A DNA stretch of 64,000 nucleotides from Deltaproteobacteria bacterium (GTDB lineage Bacteria > Myxococcota_A > UBA9160 > JAJDAL01), in NCBI GenBank assembly GCA_029261875.1, contig JAJDAL010000034.1:85066-149065 (forward strand). Direction: 5' to 3'. A model generated the notes under the pieces. The model worked only from the letters and a program-made list of their open reading frames with translations, did not search any database and was not told the origin of the DNA. Below, one piece after another: positions 52,879-63,491 of the stretch. Made by a program: the position numbers and the translations under genes. Position 1 is the stretch's first letter. The number at the start of each line of letters is the position of its first letter.

Positions 52879-53684
52879 CCCTCCGTGTCGAGTTTCCCGC
52901 CCATCACCCCCATGTCGCCGTACTCACGCTGGACCGACCCGCGCAAGCGAATTCCCTGAACCCCGCAACGCTGACGCAGCTGGCAACCGCGTGGCGCCAG
53001 ATCGCCGCCGATCCGGAGATTCGCTGCGCGGTGCTGACGGGTCGCGGCGAACGTGTCTTCTGCTCGGGCATGGACATGAAGACCACGATCCCCGAGTCCC
53101 AACGTCTGGCGCGCGGCGAACGCGTCGACCCCGAAGTGTTCGAAGCCCTGCGCGACGTCCAAACCGCGCTGCTCGCGGGATTCGACCTCGCCACCCCGCT
53201 CATCTGCGCCATCAACGGCCACGCCCGCGCGGGCGGATTCGACCTGATGCTGGCCTCGGAGATTCGCTTCGCGGTTCCAAGCGCCACCTTTGCTCTGGAA
53301 GAGGTCGCATTGGGCCTGTATCCGACCGGGAATGCCACGGTTCTGTTGCCGCGACAGATTCCCTGGGTACACGCGCAGGCACTGCTGTTGACCGCCCGCC
53401 CGATCGACGCCGAGGAAGCGTTGCGGATTGGATTGATCAATCGGATCGTACCGCCCGAGAAACTCATGGACACTGCGCTGGCCTGTGCGGACGACATCGC
53501 GTCCAACGCGCCGTTGGCGGTGCGCGAAACGCGACGCGGCGTGCGGGAAATCCTCGCGCTCTCGCTACCGGAAGCCTACGAACGTCAAGAAGCCCTGGGC
53601 AGTCCTTTGCGGCGCTCCGAAGACGCGCGCGAGGCTCAACGCGCTTTCGTCGAAAAGCGCCCGGCGAAGTTTCGCGGGCGCTAG
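52875..53684 (+). CDS. Enoyl-CoA hydratase/isomerase (crotonase) family protein
   Basis: VAVLTLDRPAQANSL, VLTGRGERVFCSGMD and ICAINGHARAGGFDLMLASEIRFA. ATGA overlap with the kinase stop. Confidence 0.9.
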   Translation: MTLRVEFPAHHPHVAVLTLDRPAQANSLNPATLTQLATAWRQIAADPEIRCAVLTGRGERVFCSGMDMKTTIPESQRLARGERVDPEVFEALRDVQTALLAGFDLATPLICAINGHARAGGFDLMLASEIRFAVPSATFALEEVALGLYPTGNATVLLPRQIPWVHAQALLLTARPIDAEEALRIGLINRIVPPEKLMDTALACADDIASNAPLAVRETRRGVREILALSLPEAYERQEALGSPLRRSEDAREAQRAFVEKRPAKFRGR

Positions 53685-53701
53685 TTCCAGCCGAATCGAA
53701 A

Positions 53702-54043
53702 CTACTGGGGTCCGGGCGGCAGAACGTCGGGCGGGCCCGGCGGTTGGATGTCCGTGGGCGGTGGCAAGATGAAGCCCCCACCCGCAGCGCCGCCCGGGGC
53801 GCCGCCCAGGGATCCGCTGTCGCAGGCACCCGTTTCGCAGGGCCCGAAGGGGCTGCGAAGCGCTTCGAGCTGCAATTCCGGAAATGCGGGCGGACCTGCC
53901 GCGACGTCGTCGGGCGTAAAGCGGTCGCGAGCCGGGCCGATCACCACGCGATACGGAGGCGGGTCGGATTCCTCGGCCCCTGTTACCACCACACTTCCCA
54001 GCAGCAACGCGGCACCCAGGCCGAGGCACGCGGCCCGCCTCAT
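53702..54043 (-). CDS. Small secreted Pro/Gly-rich protein
   Basis: MRRAACLGLGAALLLGSVVVTGA leader. ATGA overlap with the upstream barrel-gene stop. Only the last 113 codons of listed ORF 53702..55420 are kept. Confidence 0.55.
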   Translation of the reverse strand: MRRAACLGLGAALLLGSVVVTGAEESDPPPYRVVIGPARDRFTPDDVAAGPPAFPELQLEALRSPFGPCETGACDSGSLGGAPGGAAGGGFILPPPTDIQPPGPPDVLPPGPQ

Positions 54044-55668
54044 CGCAGGCCACTTCCGGTTTGCACGTGAGACGCAGAGGAACGCACCGTGATGAACATG
54101 CCTACGGTCTCCCGACGGTAATCGAACGCTTCCACATTCGAGCGATTGTTCCAATGGCCATAGCGGGCGGACAGCTCCAACCAAGAGCGGACCGGGTACA
54201 CGATGGCCGCATCCATCCGCCAGGAATTGTCCGTTCGATCGCCGCCCCGCACCACGTCGCGCACTCCCGAATCCGAAATTCCGAAGGTCGATCCATGGCG
54301 ATAGGATCGATACGTGTAGCCCCCACCCAGGTCGATCTCGAAACCCCAGCCAATGGGCGCGCGCATTCCCGCGCGAACGCCGTGCCCGACGAAAGAGTAT
54401 TCGGATCCGCGCGCACTCAAATACTCGGCCGCGTAGCCCGCCGTGTAGCGCAACCCGCCTTCGAGCTCGCCCTCGTGTTCGAAACCGCCGCGCAAGGACC
54501 AGCTGTCGCGGTTGCGGGCGCTCGATTCGTCGCGCGCGGTCGTGGGGACGTCGTTGCTCGAAACGAAATAATTGCTGCGTTCGCCCGACACGAAGACCCG
54601 CGATGTGCTGCCACCCAACCAACGATGATAGTAAGACGGCGTCACACGCTGGTGGATGCGGAACGGATCGCCGCCCACGAACGAATAGTCCATGTCGTAT
54701 TGCACGCGCGCCGTTCCGTGTTTTCCCAGCCGGCGGTCCAGCCAGACCGATGCCCGCGGAACCTGAACACTGAACGCATGCAGGGTGTCGTGTGAGGTCC
54801 CCAGATACGAAGCCGCCGCGCCCAGGGACCACCCCTCGTTGCGCAACAATTCGCGCCCGACCACCGCAGACCACGAAAAGCGCGTATCGCCCTGGGACGC
54901 GATTTCTCCCGCGAGGGGAAGTCCTCCGCCGCGCAACACGACGTTGTCGTCGTATTCGTAGCCGGCACTCAATTCGTACCAGGGCGTCAAACGCGTGCGC
55001 TCCAGGGCTCGCTCGGCCGCGCGCGACCAGCGCGTATCCGGCGCTTCGCGGATCACGCGTTCGAAGGCTTGCGCCGCGCGCTCCCGCTCGGCGATGGCCG
55101 CCCAAGCGAGCCCCGAATAGTAAGACGCCACGGGCTCCACAGCGTCCGGGTCCACACGCCGCGCTTGTTCGAGACGCAGGGCCGCATCGCGCGACTCCGC
55201 GCTCTGCAACAAGAGCAAGCCGCTGTAGAGCTGCAATTCCGCCCGCGCCAGATTTTGGGCGCGTACGCGGGCCAGGGCTTCCCGCGCGGCATCGAACTCG
55301 CCCAGGTGGTAGCGCGCAATCCCCTGGTAGAGGGGCAGGTGGGGCTGGTCGAAGTCGAGTTGCGCGGCGGCATCGAGAAGCTGGACCGCTTCGGCGTAGC
55401 GATGGCGTTGGATCTCGCATTGTCCCATCAGAACCAGCAGCCGGGCATCGTCGGGCGCCTGGGCGTGCAACCGTTGCAGGTCAGCGGAGGCTTCTTCACA
55501 GCGTTGGGTGTTGGCGAAATCGCGCACCCGCGCCACTTCGTCCTCGAAGTCCGCCGCGTATGCGCGGGTCGCGAGGAGTGGGCTGGCTGCGATCAGGAAG
55601 AGGCCGAGCGCGAAGGCGAGAATGCGCGCGCCAGAGCGAGCGCCAACAACCCCAACCCGACGAACCAC
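54040..55668 (-). CDS. Outer-membrane protein: signal peptide, TPR region and beta-barrel
   Basis: Proposed GTG start gives VRRVGVVGARSGARILAFALGLFLIAASPLLATRAYA. TPR-like helices (YAEAVQLLDAAAQLD, LGEFDAAREALARV, ERERAAQAFERVIREAP). Then alternating amphipathic strands (WYELSAGYEYDDN, LRYTAGYAAEYL, WGFEIDLGGGYTYRSY, WLELSARYGHW). Confidence 0.7.
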   Translation of the reverse strand: MVRRVGVVGARSGARILAFALGLFLIAASPLLATRAYAADFEDEVARVRDFANTQRCEEASADLQRLHAQAPDDARLLVLMGQCEIQRHRYAEAVQLLDAAAQLDFDQPHLPLYQGIARYHLGEFDAAREALARVRAQNLARAELQLYSGLLLLQSAESRDAALRLEQARRVDPDAVEPVASYYSGLAWAAIAERERAAQAFERVIREAPDTRWSRAAERALERTRLTPWYELSAGYEYDDNVVLRGGGLPLAGEIASQGDTRFSWSAVVGRELLRNEGWSLGAAASYLGTSHDTLHAFSVQVPRASVWLDRRLGKHGTARVQYDMDYSFVGGDPFRIHQRVTPSYYHRWLGGSTSRVFVSGERSNYFVSSNDVPTTARDESSARNRDSWSLRGGFEHEGELEGGLRYTAGYAAEYLSARGSEYSFVGHGVRAGMRAPIGWGFEIDLGGGYTYRSYRHGSTFGISDSGVRDVVRGGDRTDNSWRMDAAIVYPVRSWLELSARYGHWNNRSNVEAFDYRRETVGMFITVRSSASHVQTGSGLR

Positions 55669-56345
55669 ACGCTTCGCGGCTCGGGTACGTTGACGAGCAC
55701 CGATACCCCAAACGTGGGAAACAGGAGGTTGTTGCCGATCTGCGGCAGCGTATCGGCCACCAGGTAGCGCACGTCGATCTGCGCCGAAGCTCCCGCGATC
55801 AGCTCCGGCAGGCCATAGGCGGAGAAGAAATAATCCGTACCGCCCGCTTGGTACCGGATGATGTCCACGAATTCTCCGCCGAGCCCCACTTCCTCGCTCG
55901 AAAGCCCCGGGTAGTCGCCACTCGAAAGGTCGGCTGCCGTGAAGACCAGGAAGGGATCCACCAGGGTCTCGCCGGAAATGTTCGTGACCGTGTAGCGGAC
56001 GTCGGCGATCAGGGGATCGACGAAACTCGGAGACGCACCGCGTCGCTGGGGATCTTGATGGACGAAGTTGAGGGTGACGGAAATCGAGAACACCGAGCTC
56101 GCGATGATCCAATCTTCCAACGGCGGCGCGTTGGCGATGATCGGTAGGCCCGCAGCGTCGACAGCTTCCCATGTGTGACCGAATCCCCCCGCCCCCGCGA
56201 AGTAAAGCGGGGATACGTCGTCGATGCCAAGGGCGTTCGCACGCACGGCTCCCGTCCCCACCAGAAGCGGGATTGCGCACGTCAGCACGATCCAATGGAA
56301 ACGTTGTATGGAAGACGACACGCTCACCCCCCGGAGAGCAACCAT
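55593..56345 (-). CDS. PEP-CTERM-tailed secreted protein
   Basis: Leader RFHWIVLTCAIPLLVGTGAVRANA. C-terminal VPEP, then the hydrophobic WFVGLGLLALALA, then R. The 3' end overlaps the proposed barrel-gene start. Confidence 0.75.
   Translation of the reverse strand: MVALRGVSVSSSIQRFHWIVLTCAIPLLVGTGAVRANALGIDDVSPLYFAGAGGFGHTWEAVDAAGLPIIANAPPLEDWIIASSVFSISVTLNFVHQDPQRRGASPSFVDPLIADVRYTVTNISGETLVDPFLVFTAADLSSGDYPGLSSEEVGLGGEFVDIIRYQAGGTDYFFSAYGLPELIAGASAQIDVRYLVADTLPQIGNNLLFPTFGVSVLVNVPEPRSVWFVGLGLLALALARAFSPSRSASS
55596..55688 (-). other. PEP-CTERM sorting signal
   Basis: VPEPRSVWFVGLGLLALALARAFSPSRSASS. Confidence 0.75.
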
Positions 56346-56413
56346 GGGCAATCTCCCCCTTTTTCGGCTCGATCGCAACCCTGAATCGCGATTCCGACGG
56401 TTACACTGCACGA

Positions 56414-57640
56414 ATGACGGAGGATCGAGCCGACGAACCCAAACCTCACCTGCCGAGCCCGGTCCTCGAAATCGTCGCCCGGATCCAATCCGCCGGGCAC
56501 CCAGCCTATGTGGTAGGGGGGTGCATCCGAGACTCCCTGCGCGGCGTGGCGGTGCGCGACTTCGACCTTGCGACCGGCGCGTCGCCCGCCGAGATCCTCG
56601 AACTCTTTCCGCGAGCCGTTCCCACCCATCCGCAGCATGGAACCTCGATGATTCCCAGTTCCGCGGGGCCCGTCGACGTAACGCCCTTTCGCGCCGGACC
56701 CGACATCGCGGCCGATCTGGCGCGGCGCGACTTCACCTTGAATGCCCTCGCCTTCGACCCGATTGCCGGCCGCTTGCTCGACCCCCACGAAGGCCGGGCC
56801 GACCTGGCCGCGGGCTGCCTGCGGGCCGTCGGTTCCGCGCGCGAGCGTTTGGCAGAAGATCCGGTACGTGGGCTGCGCGGCGCCCGCATCGCGGCGGAAC
56901 TGGGTCTCACGCCGGATGCGGAGCTGCTGGACGCCATGGGGTCGAGCGCCGGGCAGATTCGCCAGAGCGCACGCGAGCGCATTCGCATCGAACTCTTGCG
57001 TCTATTGGATTGCGAACAGCCGGGATCGGGCATCGCGCTGCTGCGCGCCACGGGGTTCGAGGCCGAACTGTTGCCCGGCGCCGAGCCCGACTCGGCGTCC
57101 ATCATCGACGCGCTTCCCAAGGGAATGCCAATTCGCCTGACGGCTTGGCTGCGCGGGACCCGCGCCGGTTCGTTGCTCGCACGCCTTCGCGTGCCGCGCC
57201 GCATGAGCGACCGGGTCCTCCGCATGCTGAGCCATCACCCCCTCGACCGACACCTGCCGTCGATCCGCCCCACTCCGCTGCGGCGTCTGTTGCACCGCCT
57301 GGGCGAAGAAGACTTCGCGCTGCTGCTGCGACTTCGACAGGGCGAACTCTTCGAAACGCCGGATCCCGTCGCACTCGAGGCCTTGGCGAAATTGGAAAAA
57401 ACGCTGGAAGTCGTGCGCGCGGACGGTGCCCTCGCGCTCCAGCGGCAGGATCTCGCGCTCCGAGGGGACGACGTCATGGCGATGCTCGATCGGGGCCCCG
57501 GCCCCCACATCGGCCGCGCCCTGGAATTCCTCACCCAGCATATTCTCGAGAACCCCGCCCACAACACCCGCGAGGCGCTGCAAAAGTTGCTGACGGATTG
57601 GCAGGACCCCGGCAAGATCGCTTCCTCCCGGCGCAAGTAG
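56414..57640 (+). CDS. cca: CCA-adding enzyme / poly(A) polymerase-family tRNA nucleotidyltransferase
   Basis: GGCIRDSLRG, DFDLAT, RRDFTLNALAF and ERLAEDPVRGLRGARIAAELG. Confidence 0.88.
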   Translation: MTEDRADEPKPHLPSPVLEIVARIQSAGHPAYVVGGCIRDSLRGVAVRDFDLATGASPAEILELFPRAVPTHPQHGTSMIPSSAGPVDVTPFRAGPDIAADLARRDFTLNALAFDPIAGRLLDPHEGRADLAAGCLRAVGSARERLAEDPVRGLRGARIAAELGLTPDAELLDAMGSSAGQIRQSARERIRIELLRLLDCEQPGSGIALLRATGFEAELLPGAEPDSASIIDALPKGMPIRLTAWLRGTRAGSLLARLRVPRRMSDRVLRMLSHHPLDRHLPSIRPTPLRRLLHRLGEEDFALLLRLRQGELFETPDPVALEALAKLEKTLEVVRADGALALQRQDLALRGDDVMAMLDRGPGPHIGRALEFLTQHILENPAHNTREALQKLLTDWQDPGKIASSRRK

Positions 57641-57943
57641 CTCCAAATAGTTCAACACTTCGACGCTCCCCGAAGGCACTTACCCGTATGGGACTCGCCA
57701 TCACCGCAGTCGGTACCGCCTGCACCCTGTATTTCCTGGGGTCGATCGCGCAGCTCGCGCGCTCCACGGGACAGGCCTCGACCTCCGGCCCCCGTGCCCG
57801 GGATGCGCGCACGGGACGCCCCCTGCGCATGCGCGTCGATCGCCGCGGACAAGCGCGCCGCACCACGGACAAGCGCTCCGCTCGCTGATCTATTTTTTCA
57901 GTTCGAATGGAGTGAGGCTAAACGGCGCGAAACCGCCGTCGCG

Positions 57944-58360
57944 CTAGCACCAGCGTTTGGCGCGTCCATTGGGTCCGACCAGACGGAAGTTCTCAAGGGC
58001 ACCGTAGCCGTGGATTCGTTGGCCGCGGCACCAGGACACCGACAATTCGTCGATCTCCTCCCAGAGGTCGTAGTAGTACTGAAGGTTCTGGTCGCCGGCG
58101 GTGTAGGCGTAGACGCGGACTTCCATCATGTGTTCGCCGTATTCGCAATCGACCAGCGATTGTTCGCCGCGGGCATGGGCGCCGTGCAGCTCGCGACAGG
58201 TCTCCCGGGCGCTGCTCAGCTCCCGACGGGCGTGGTCGCGGTTGGCTTCGATCTGGGCCCGCGCTTCGGTTGCGGGGAGCGTCGGATAACGGTCGAAGGT
58301 GTTTCCGCTGTGTCCGCAGCCCACGGCGATAACCAGCAGGAATGTGCAGAGCAGGCGCAT
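57944..58360 (-). CDS. Hypothetical lipoprotein
   Basis: Lipobox MRLLCTFLLVIAVGC. No family recognised. Confidence 0.6.
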   Translation of the reverse strand: MRLLCTFLLVIAVGCGHSGNTFDRYPTLPATEARAQIEANRDHARRELSSARETCRELHGAHARGEQSLVDCEYGEHMMEVRVYAYTAGDQNLQYYYDLWEEIDELSVSWCRGQRIHGYGALENFRLVGPNGRAKRWC

Positions 58361-58482
58361 CGATACCACGTCGTCTCCAGATCCCCTCCCCCTAGGAGTG
58401 AGTGGACTCGAAAGGCGAAACGTGTCACCGCAGCGACGATTGGAGGCAAATTCGCAATACTCGGCCCCGGGAGGCGCGAGAG

Positions 58483-59565
<1,083 letters not shown>

Positions 59566-59919
59566 AGCCCCGTCCCACTTCCGAGACGTCCCAAATCCGG
59601 GACCAACTCGGGGCCACAGCCCCGCGCTCTGACTCTCCTTGGTACCGGTCCCTGCAAAACCCCACCGGGGGTCCGACCTTGCAGAGCGGGTTGCGCGCGC
59701 CGGCGGACGCCCCCCCGCCGCAAGCCGTACGCAATCTGCGCACGCGCTTCCAAAACGCGCTGCCCGGCGTCTCGAACCCGAGAATTCAGCGGCCTCGCCC
59801 CCTTTCGAAGAAGTCTCCACAAGCATTTGGTTCTGTTCACTTTTCAAAATTTGACCCGCTTGGTACGGGACTTGATAGAGGGATCGGCGGAGCGTTGAGG
59901 GGCGCGCCAGGGGAGATCT

Positions 59920-61047
59920 ATGGCGACCCAGACGGTTCTCTTCGTCGATGACGAAGTCAACATCCTCAAAGCGCTCAAGCGGCTGCTGCGTCAGGAGCCC
60001 ATGAACGTTCAGACCGCTTCCACACCCGCGGAAGCGCTCGAACAACTCGATCGCAGCTCCGTGCAGATCGTCGTGTCCGACCAACGCATGCCGGAGATGA
60101 GCGGTGTGGATCTCCTCGCGGAGATTCGGCGGCGGCATCCCGATGTGGTGCGCATGATGTTGACGGGCTACACGGAGATCAACGTCGCCGTCGATGCCAT
60201 CAACCACGGCGAGATCTACCGCCTGATCACGAAGCCGTGGAACGACGAAGAGCTCAAGGCCACCTTGCGCCAGGCTTTCGATCATCACGCCTTGAAGCAC
60301 GAGGTCAAGCGTCTCAATCACATCACGCGCGACCAGAACCTGCGCTTGCACGACATGAACCGAACCCTCGAAGCCAAGGTCCGCGAGCGGACCAAGCAAT
60401 TGGCCCAGAAGCACGAGGAACTGCGCACCGCCTACGTTCAAACCATCGGGACCCTGGCCGAAGCCGTCGACGCCAAGGACCCCTATACCCGCGGCCACTC
60501 CGAGCGCGTGGGTGTCTACGCGTCGAAAATTGCGCGCGAGATGAGTTTCACCAAGGATCTGATCGAACGGGTCTATATCGCGGGCTTGCTCCACGACGTC
60601 GGCAAGATCGGAATCCGCGACGCCGTGATCCAGAAGCCCGACAAGCTCAACAAAGAAGAGTACGACGAAATCAAGAAGCACCCGGAGATCGGGGCGCGGA
60701 TCCTCGAACCCGTATCCTTTCTATCGGACGTCGTGCCCTGTGTTCGCCACCATCACGAGTGGTACAACGGCGGCGACCGAGGCTACCCCATGCGCTTGAA
60801 GGGCGATCAGATCCCGCTGCCCTCTCGCGTGATCCTGGTGGCCGACACAGTCGAAGCGATGACGAGCGACCGGCCCTATCGCAAGGCCATGCCCCTCGAG
60901 AACGTCGTTCAGCAATTGAACGAATATTCGGGCTCCCAGTTCGACCCCAAATGCGTGACGGCCTTCCTCGACATCCTCGAGCGCGAAGGCGAGACCTTCA
61001 TTCGCAAAGATCAGAAGTTCGACATCTACGAGTTCATTGGCAGCTAG
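59920..61047 (+). CDS. Response regulator with an HD-GYP domain (RpfG-like cyclic-di-GMP phosphodiesterase)
   Basis: Receiver VLFVDDEVNILKAL..VVSDQRMPEMSGVDLL. HD-GYP motifs HSERVGVYA, LLHDVGKIGI and HHEWYNGGDRGYP. Confidence 0.9.
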   Translation: MATQTVLFVDDEVNILKALKRLLRQEPMNVQTASTPAEALEQLDRSSVQIVVSDQRMPEMSGVDLLAEIRRRHPDVVRMMLTGYTEINVAVDAINHGEIYRLITKPWNDEELKATLRQAFDHHALKHEVKRLNHITRDQNLRLHDMNRTLEAKVRERTKQLAQKHEELRTAYVQTIGTLAEAVDAKDPYTRGHSERVGVYASKIAREMSFTKDLIERVYIAGLLHDVGKIGIRDAVIQKPDKLNKEEYDEIKKHPEIGARILEPVSFLSDVVPCVRHHHEWYNGGDRGYPMRLKGDQIPLPSRVILVADTVEAMTSDRPYRKAMPLENVVQQLNEYSGSQFDPKCVTAFLDILEREGETFIRKDQKFDIYEFIGS

Positions 61048-62060
61048 TGACGAACCGACTCACGACCCAGGAACCCCAGGTGTGCCTGACCGAAGAGGAT
61101 CTTTGCCTGCTTCGCGAACGGCGAAACATTACCGACCCGCGCAACATCGCGGCCATCGGAGCGCGCTGGCGAAACGAGCGAGGCGCCCCGGCGGCGGACG
61201 CCTGCTTGCTCCAGTTGGGCTTCGTTCACGGTTATCGCGATGCAACGGAAGTACTCCAGGACCGCTTCCTCAGCCGCCAATCGGACTCGGAGCCGGCCCT
61301 CCCCACGGGCACCTCGATTCGCGTTCTTTTCGGCGCGCTCTCGGTCGCGCCGGCGCCCGGCGGCGTCGAAGTCCCCGGTTCCTGGCCCGACCATCTCGAG
61401 GCCAGCTTGGGGGACAGCCAAGGCGGTGGCTGTCGCGTCAGCGCCGGGTACACCTCGGGCTGGCTTTCGGGGCTACTCGAAGCCGACGTCCTCGCGGTCG
61501 AAAACACCTGTTCCGCCAGTGGCGAGCCGAACTGCGAATTCGTCGCGCGCGAAGCCGACACCTGGTGGGCGCTTCAGGACGAACGCGCCCACGCGTCCCT
61601 CGCCATGTTGCCCTTCGCCCAACTGCGCGATTGGGTGAGTCGTGAATTCGTTCCAGAACCGGCTTCCGCAGACGCCCCCTACCCCGAAGAAGCGCAAGAA
61701 GCCGAAGCGCCGGTGGTTCAGGTCTGGGGCCCGGTGATGATCGTCCCCTTCACCGGCGGGCAGGATGCGGCGGGACTCGTCGACTTGATTGGAACCGACC
61801 CGGAAGCCCACGAGGTTTCCGTCGTCATCGTCGATCTTCAGGGTCAACCGGTCGATGAAACCTACGGCGCCATTGCCCTCGAACACCTTCTCGAAGCCAT
61901 CGAACGTTGGGGAGCCGAGGCGATGCTGGCGGGGGTGTCGCCGCTCGCCGAACGCGCTGTGGCGAGCCTCGAACGCGCCACCCACGTGATCCAGAAAGAC
62001 TTCCCCCAGGCGATCGCCCTCGCGTTCCAGATCGCCGAGGCGCAGAAGTCGACGGCCTGA
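61047..62060 (+). CDS. V4R-domain - STAS-domain protein
   Basis: Proposed GTG start in a TAGTG overlap with the regulator stop. V4R-like SAGYTSGWLSGLLEADVLAVENTCSASGEPNCEF. STAS-like VVQVWGPVMIVPFTGG..VVIVDLQG..AMLAGVSP. The listed ORF from 60237 was trimmed. Confidence 0.7.
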   Translation: MTNRLTTQEPQVCLTEEDLCLLRERRNITDPRNIAAIGARWRNERGAPAADACLLQLGFVHGYRDATEVLQDRFLSRQSDSEPALPTGTSIRVLFGALSVAPAPGGVEVPGSWPDHLEASLGDSQGGGCRVSAGYTSGWLSGLLEADVLAVENTCSASGEPNCEFVAREADTWWALQDERAHASLAMLPFAQLRDWVSREFVPEPASADAPYPEEAQEAEAPVVQVWGPVMIVPFTGGQDAAGLVDLIGTDPEAHEVSVVIVDLQGQPVDETYGAIALEHLLEAIERWGAEAMLAGVSPLAERAVASLERATHVIQKDFPQAIALAFQIAEAQKSTA

Positions 62061-62067
62061 ACGCGGT

Positions 62068-63486
62068 ATGGACTTCGATTTCGACTTCGGCGAACTCGAG
62101 ACCGATGCCACACTTCCCGATCTCCTGGTCGCCCTGTACCAAGGTCGCTTCACGGGATCCCTGCGACTTTCTCGCGATGAAGAGCTGACGCGAATCCGCT
62201 TCGAGCGGGGGTTGCCCACCTGGGTGGACTGCGAACCCGAACTGACGAGTCTCGGCGAAGCGCTGGCCCAGGCCGGGCGCTTCAGCCAACCCGAATTCGA
62301 ATCCCTCTCGAGCTACATGCGCCTGCGACACTGCCGCGAAGAAGTCGCGCTGATTCGCTTGCAAATGCTGTCGCCCAAGGAACTGCTGGTGGCCCTGAGA
62401 GATCGATCCCGGCAGCGAATCCTCGCCTGCTTCGGTTGGACTTCCGGGGACTACGAACTGGAAGGAACCGTTCGGACGGCTCCCGAGCACAAGAGCCCGG
62501 CCCTCGACCCCTTGCCGCTCGTCATCGACGGAATGCGAAAAGAGTGGGGAAGCGAGCGAATTCACGCCGCGCTCAAAGAACACCTCGACCGCTATCCGGT
62601 GCCAACGCCGACCGGTACGGAGTTCCTCCAGAAACGCGCCGACGACGATCCGCTGCGCCTGTTCGCCGAAGCCGTCGACGGCACGCGTTCCCTCGCTTCG
62701 CTCACACAGGAATCCGGCACCGCGGGTGCCCTCGCCAGCGCATGGCTGCTCCAGGCGTTGGGCTGGGTCCGGTTTCGCCCGACCCCGGTCATCGACCTCC
62801 ACGCGGACCCGACGGCGAACCTCGAGTTCGAGATCACCGTTGCCGATGGTTCGGACGCCAACGCACAGGCCCCGCGCGAGAAAGCCGCCGCGGACGACCC
62901 GACGCCCAATCGCGCGGCGGCGCTCGACGCCTTGGGTCAGGAGATTCTCGAGCGACACGCCCAATCCGCGGACGCGAACCACTACCAGGTCCTCGGCATC
63001 GCGAGCGACGCCGACATGCGCAGCGTCAAGCTCGCCTACATCCAGCTCGCCAAGCGCTTTCACCCGGACGCCCTCGCGACGGTCGAACAGCCGGAGATCC
63101 GTCAAGCCGCGAACCAGCTCTTCGCCCGCATCGCCAAAGCGCACAACACGCTCTCGAACGCGGCGCGCCGCAAAGAGTACGATGCGGCGCTCGGCGGATC
63201 CTCGGCGGAAGACGCCGATCGACTGGGCCAGGCGGAACTGGCGTATCGAAAGGCGGAGATTCTGATTCGAGCGGGAAACTTCAACGGGGCCGAAGAACTG
63301 TTGCGACCCGCCGTAGAACTCTGGCCCGACGAGTCGGCGTATTGGGCGGCCCTCGGATGGGTTCTCTACAAGAAGAGCCCGCCCGACCTCGACCAAGCGC
63401 GCGTTCACCTCGAACACGCCCTCGAACTCGATCCCGAGAACGCGGAGGCACGCGAGCACCTCGATCGCGTTCGCGCCTCCCGCTGA
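62068..63486 (+). CDS. DUF4388-like - J-domain - TPR protein
   Basis: LPDLLVALYQGRFTGSLRLS (DUF4388-like). J domain NHYQVLGIASDADMRSVKLAYIQLAKRFHPDA with the HPD motif. C-terminal TPR-like helices. Confidence 0.85.
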   Translation: MDFDFDFGELETDATLPDLLVALYQGRFTGSLRLSRDEELTRIRFERGLPTWVDCEPELTSLGEALAQAGRFSQPEFESLSSYMRLRHCREEVALIRLQMLSPKELLVALRDRSRQRILACFGWTSGDYELEGTVRTAPEHKSPALDPLPLVIDGMRKEWGSERIHAALKEHLDRYPVPTPTGTEFLQKRADDDPLRLFAEAVDGTRSLASLTQESGTAGALASAWLLQALGWVRFRPTPVIDLHADPTANLEFEITVADGSDANAQAPREKAAADDPTPNRAAALDALGQEILERHAQSADANHYQVLGIASDADMRSVKLAYIQLAKRFHPDALATVEQPEIRQAANQLFARIAKAHNTLSNAARRKEYDAALGGSSAEDADRLGQAELAYRKAEILIRAGNFNGAEELLRPAVELWPDESAYWAALGWVLYKKSPPDLDQARVHLEHALELDPENAEAREHLDRVRASR

Positions 63487-63491
63487 CGCGC

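Noticed and set aside
53702-55420. 572-aa ORF, and similarly the 301-aa ORF 30202..31107(-) and the 607-aa ORF 60237..62060(+).
   Set aside because: Only the 3' parts look like genes: a leader peptide at an internal start, plus stop/start overlaps with neighbours. The 5' parts overlap well-supported genes out of frame, so the calls were trimmed to 53702..54043, 30202..30687 and 61047..62060.
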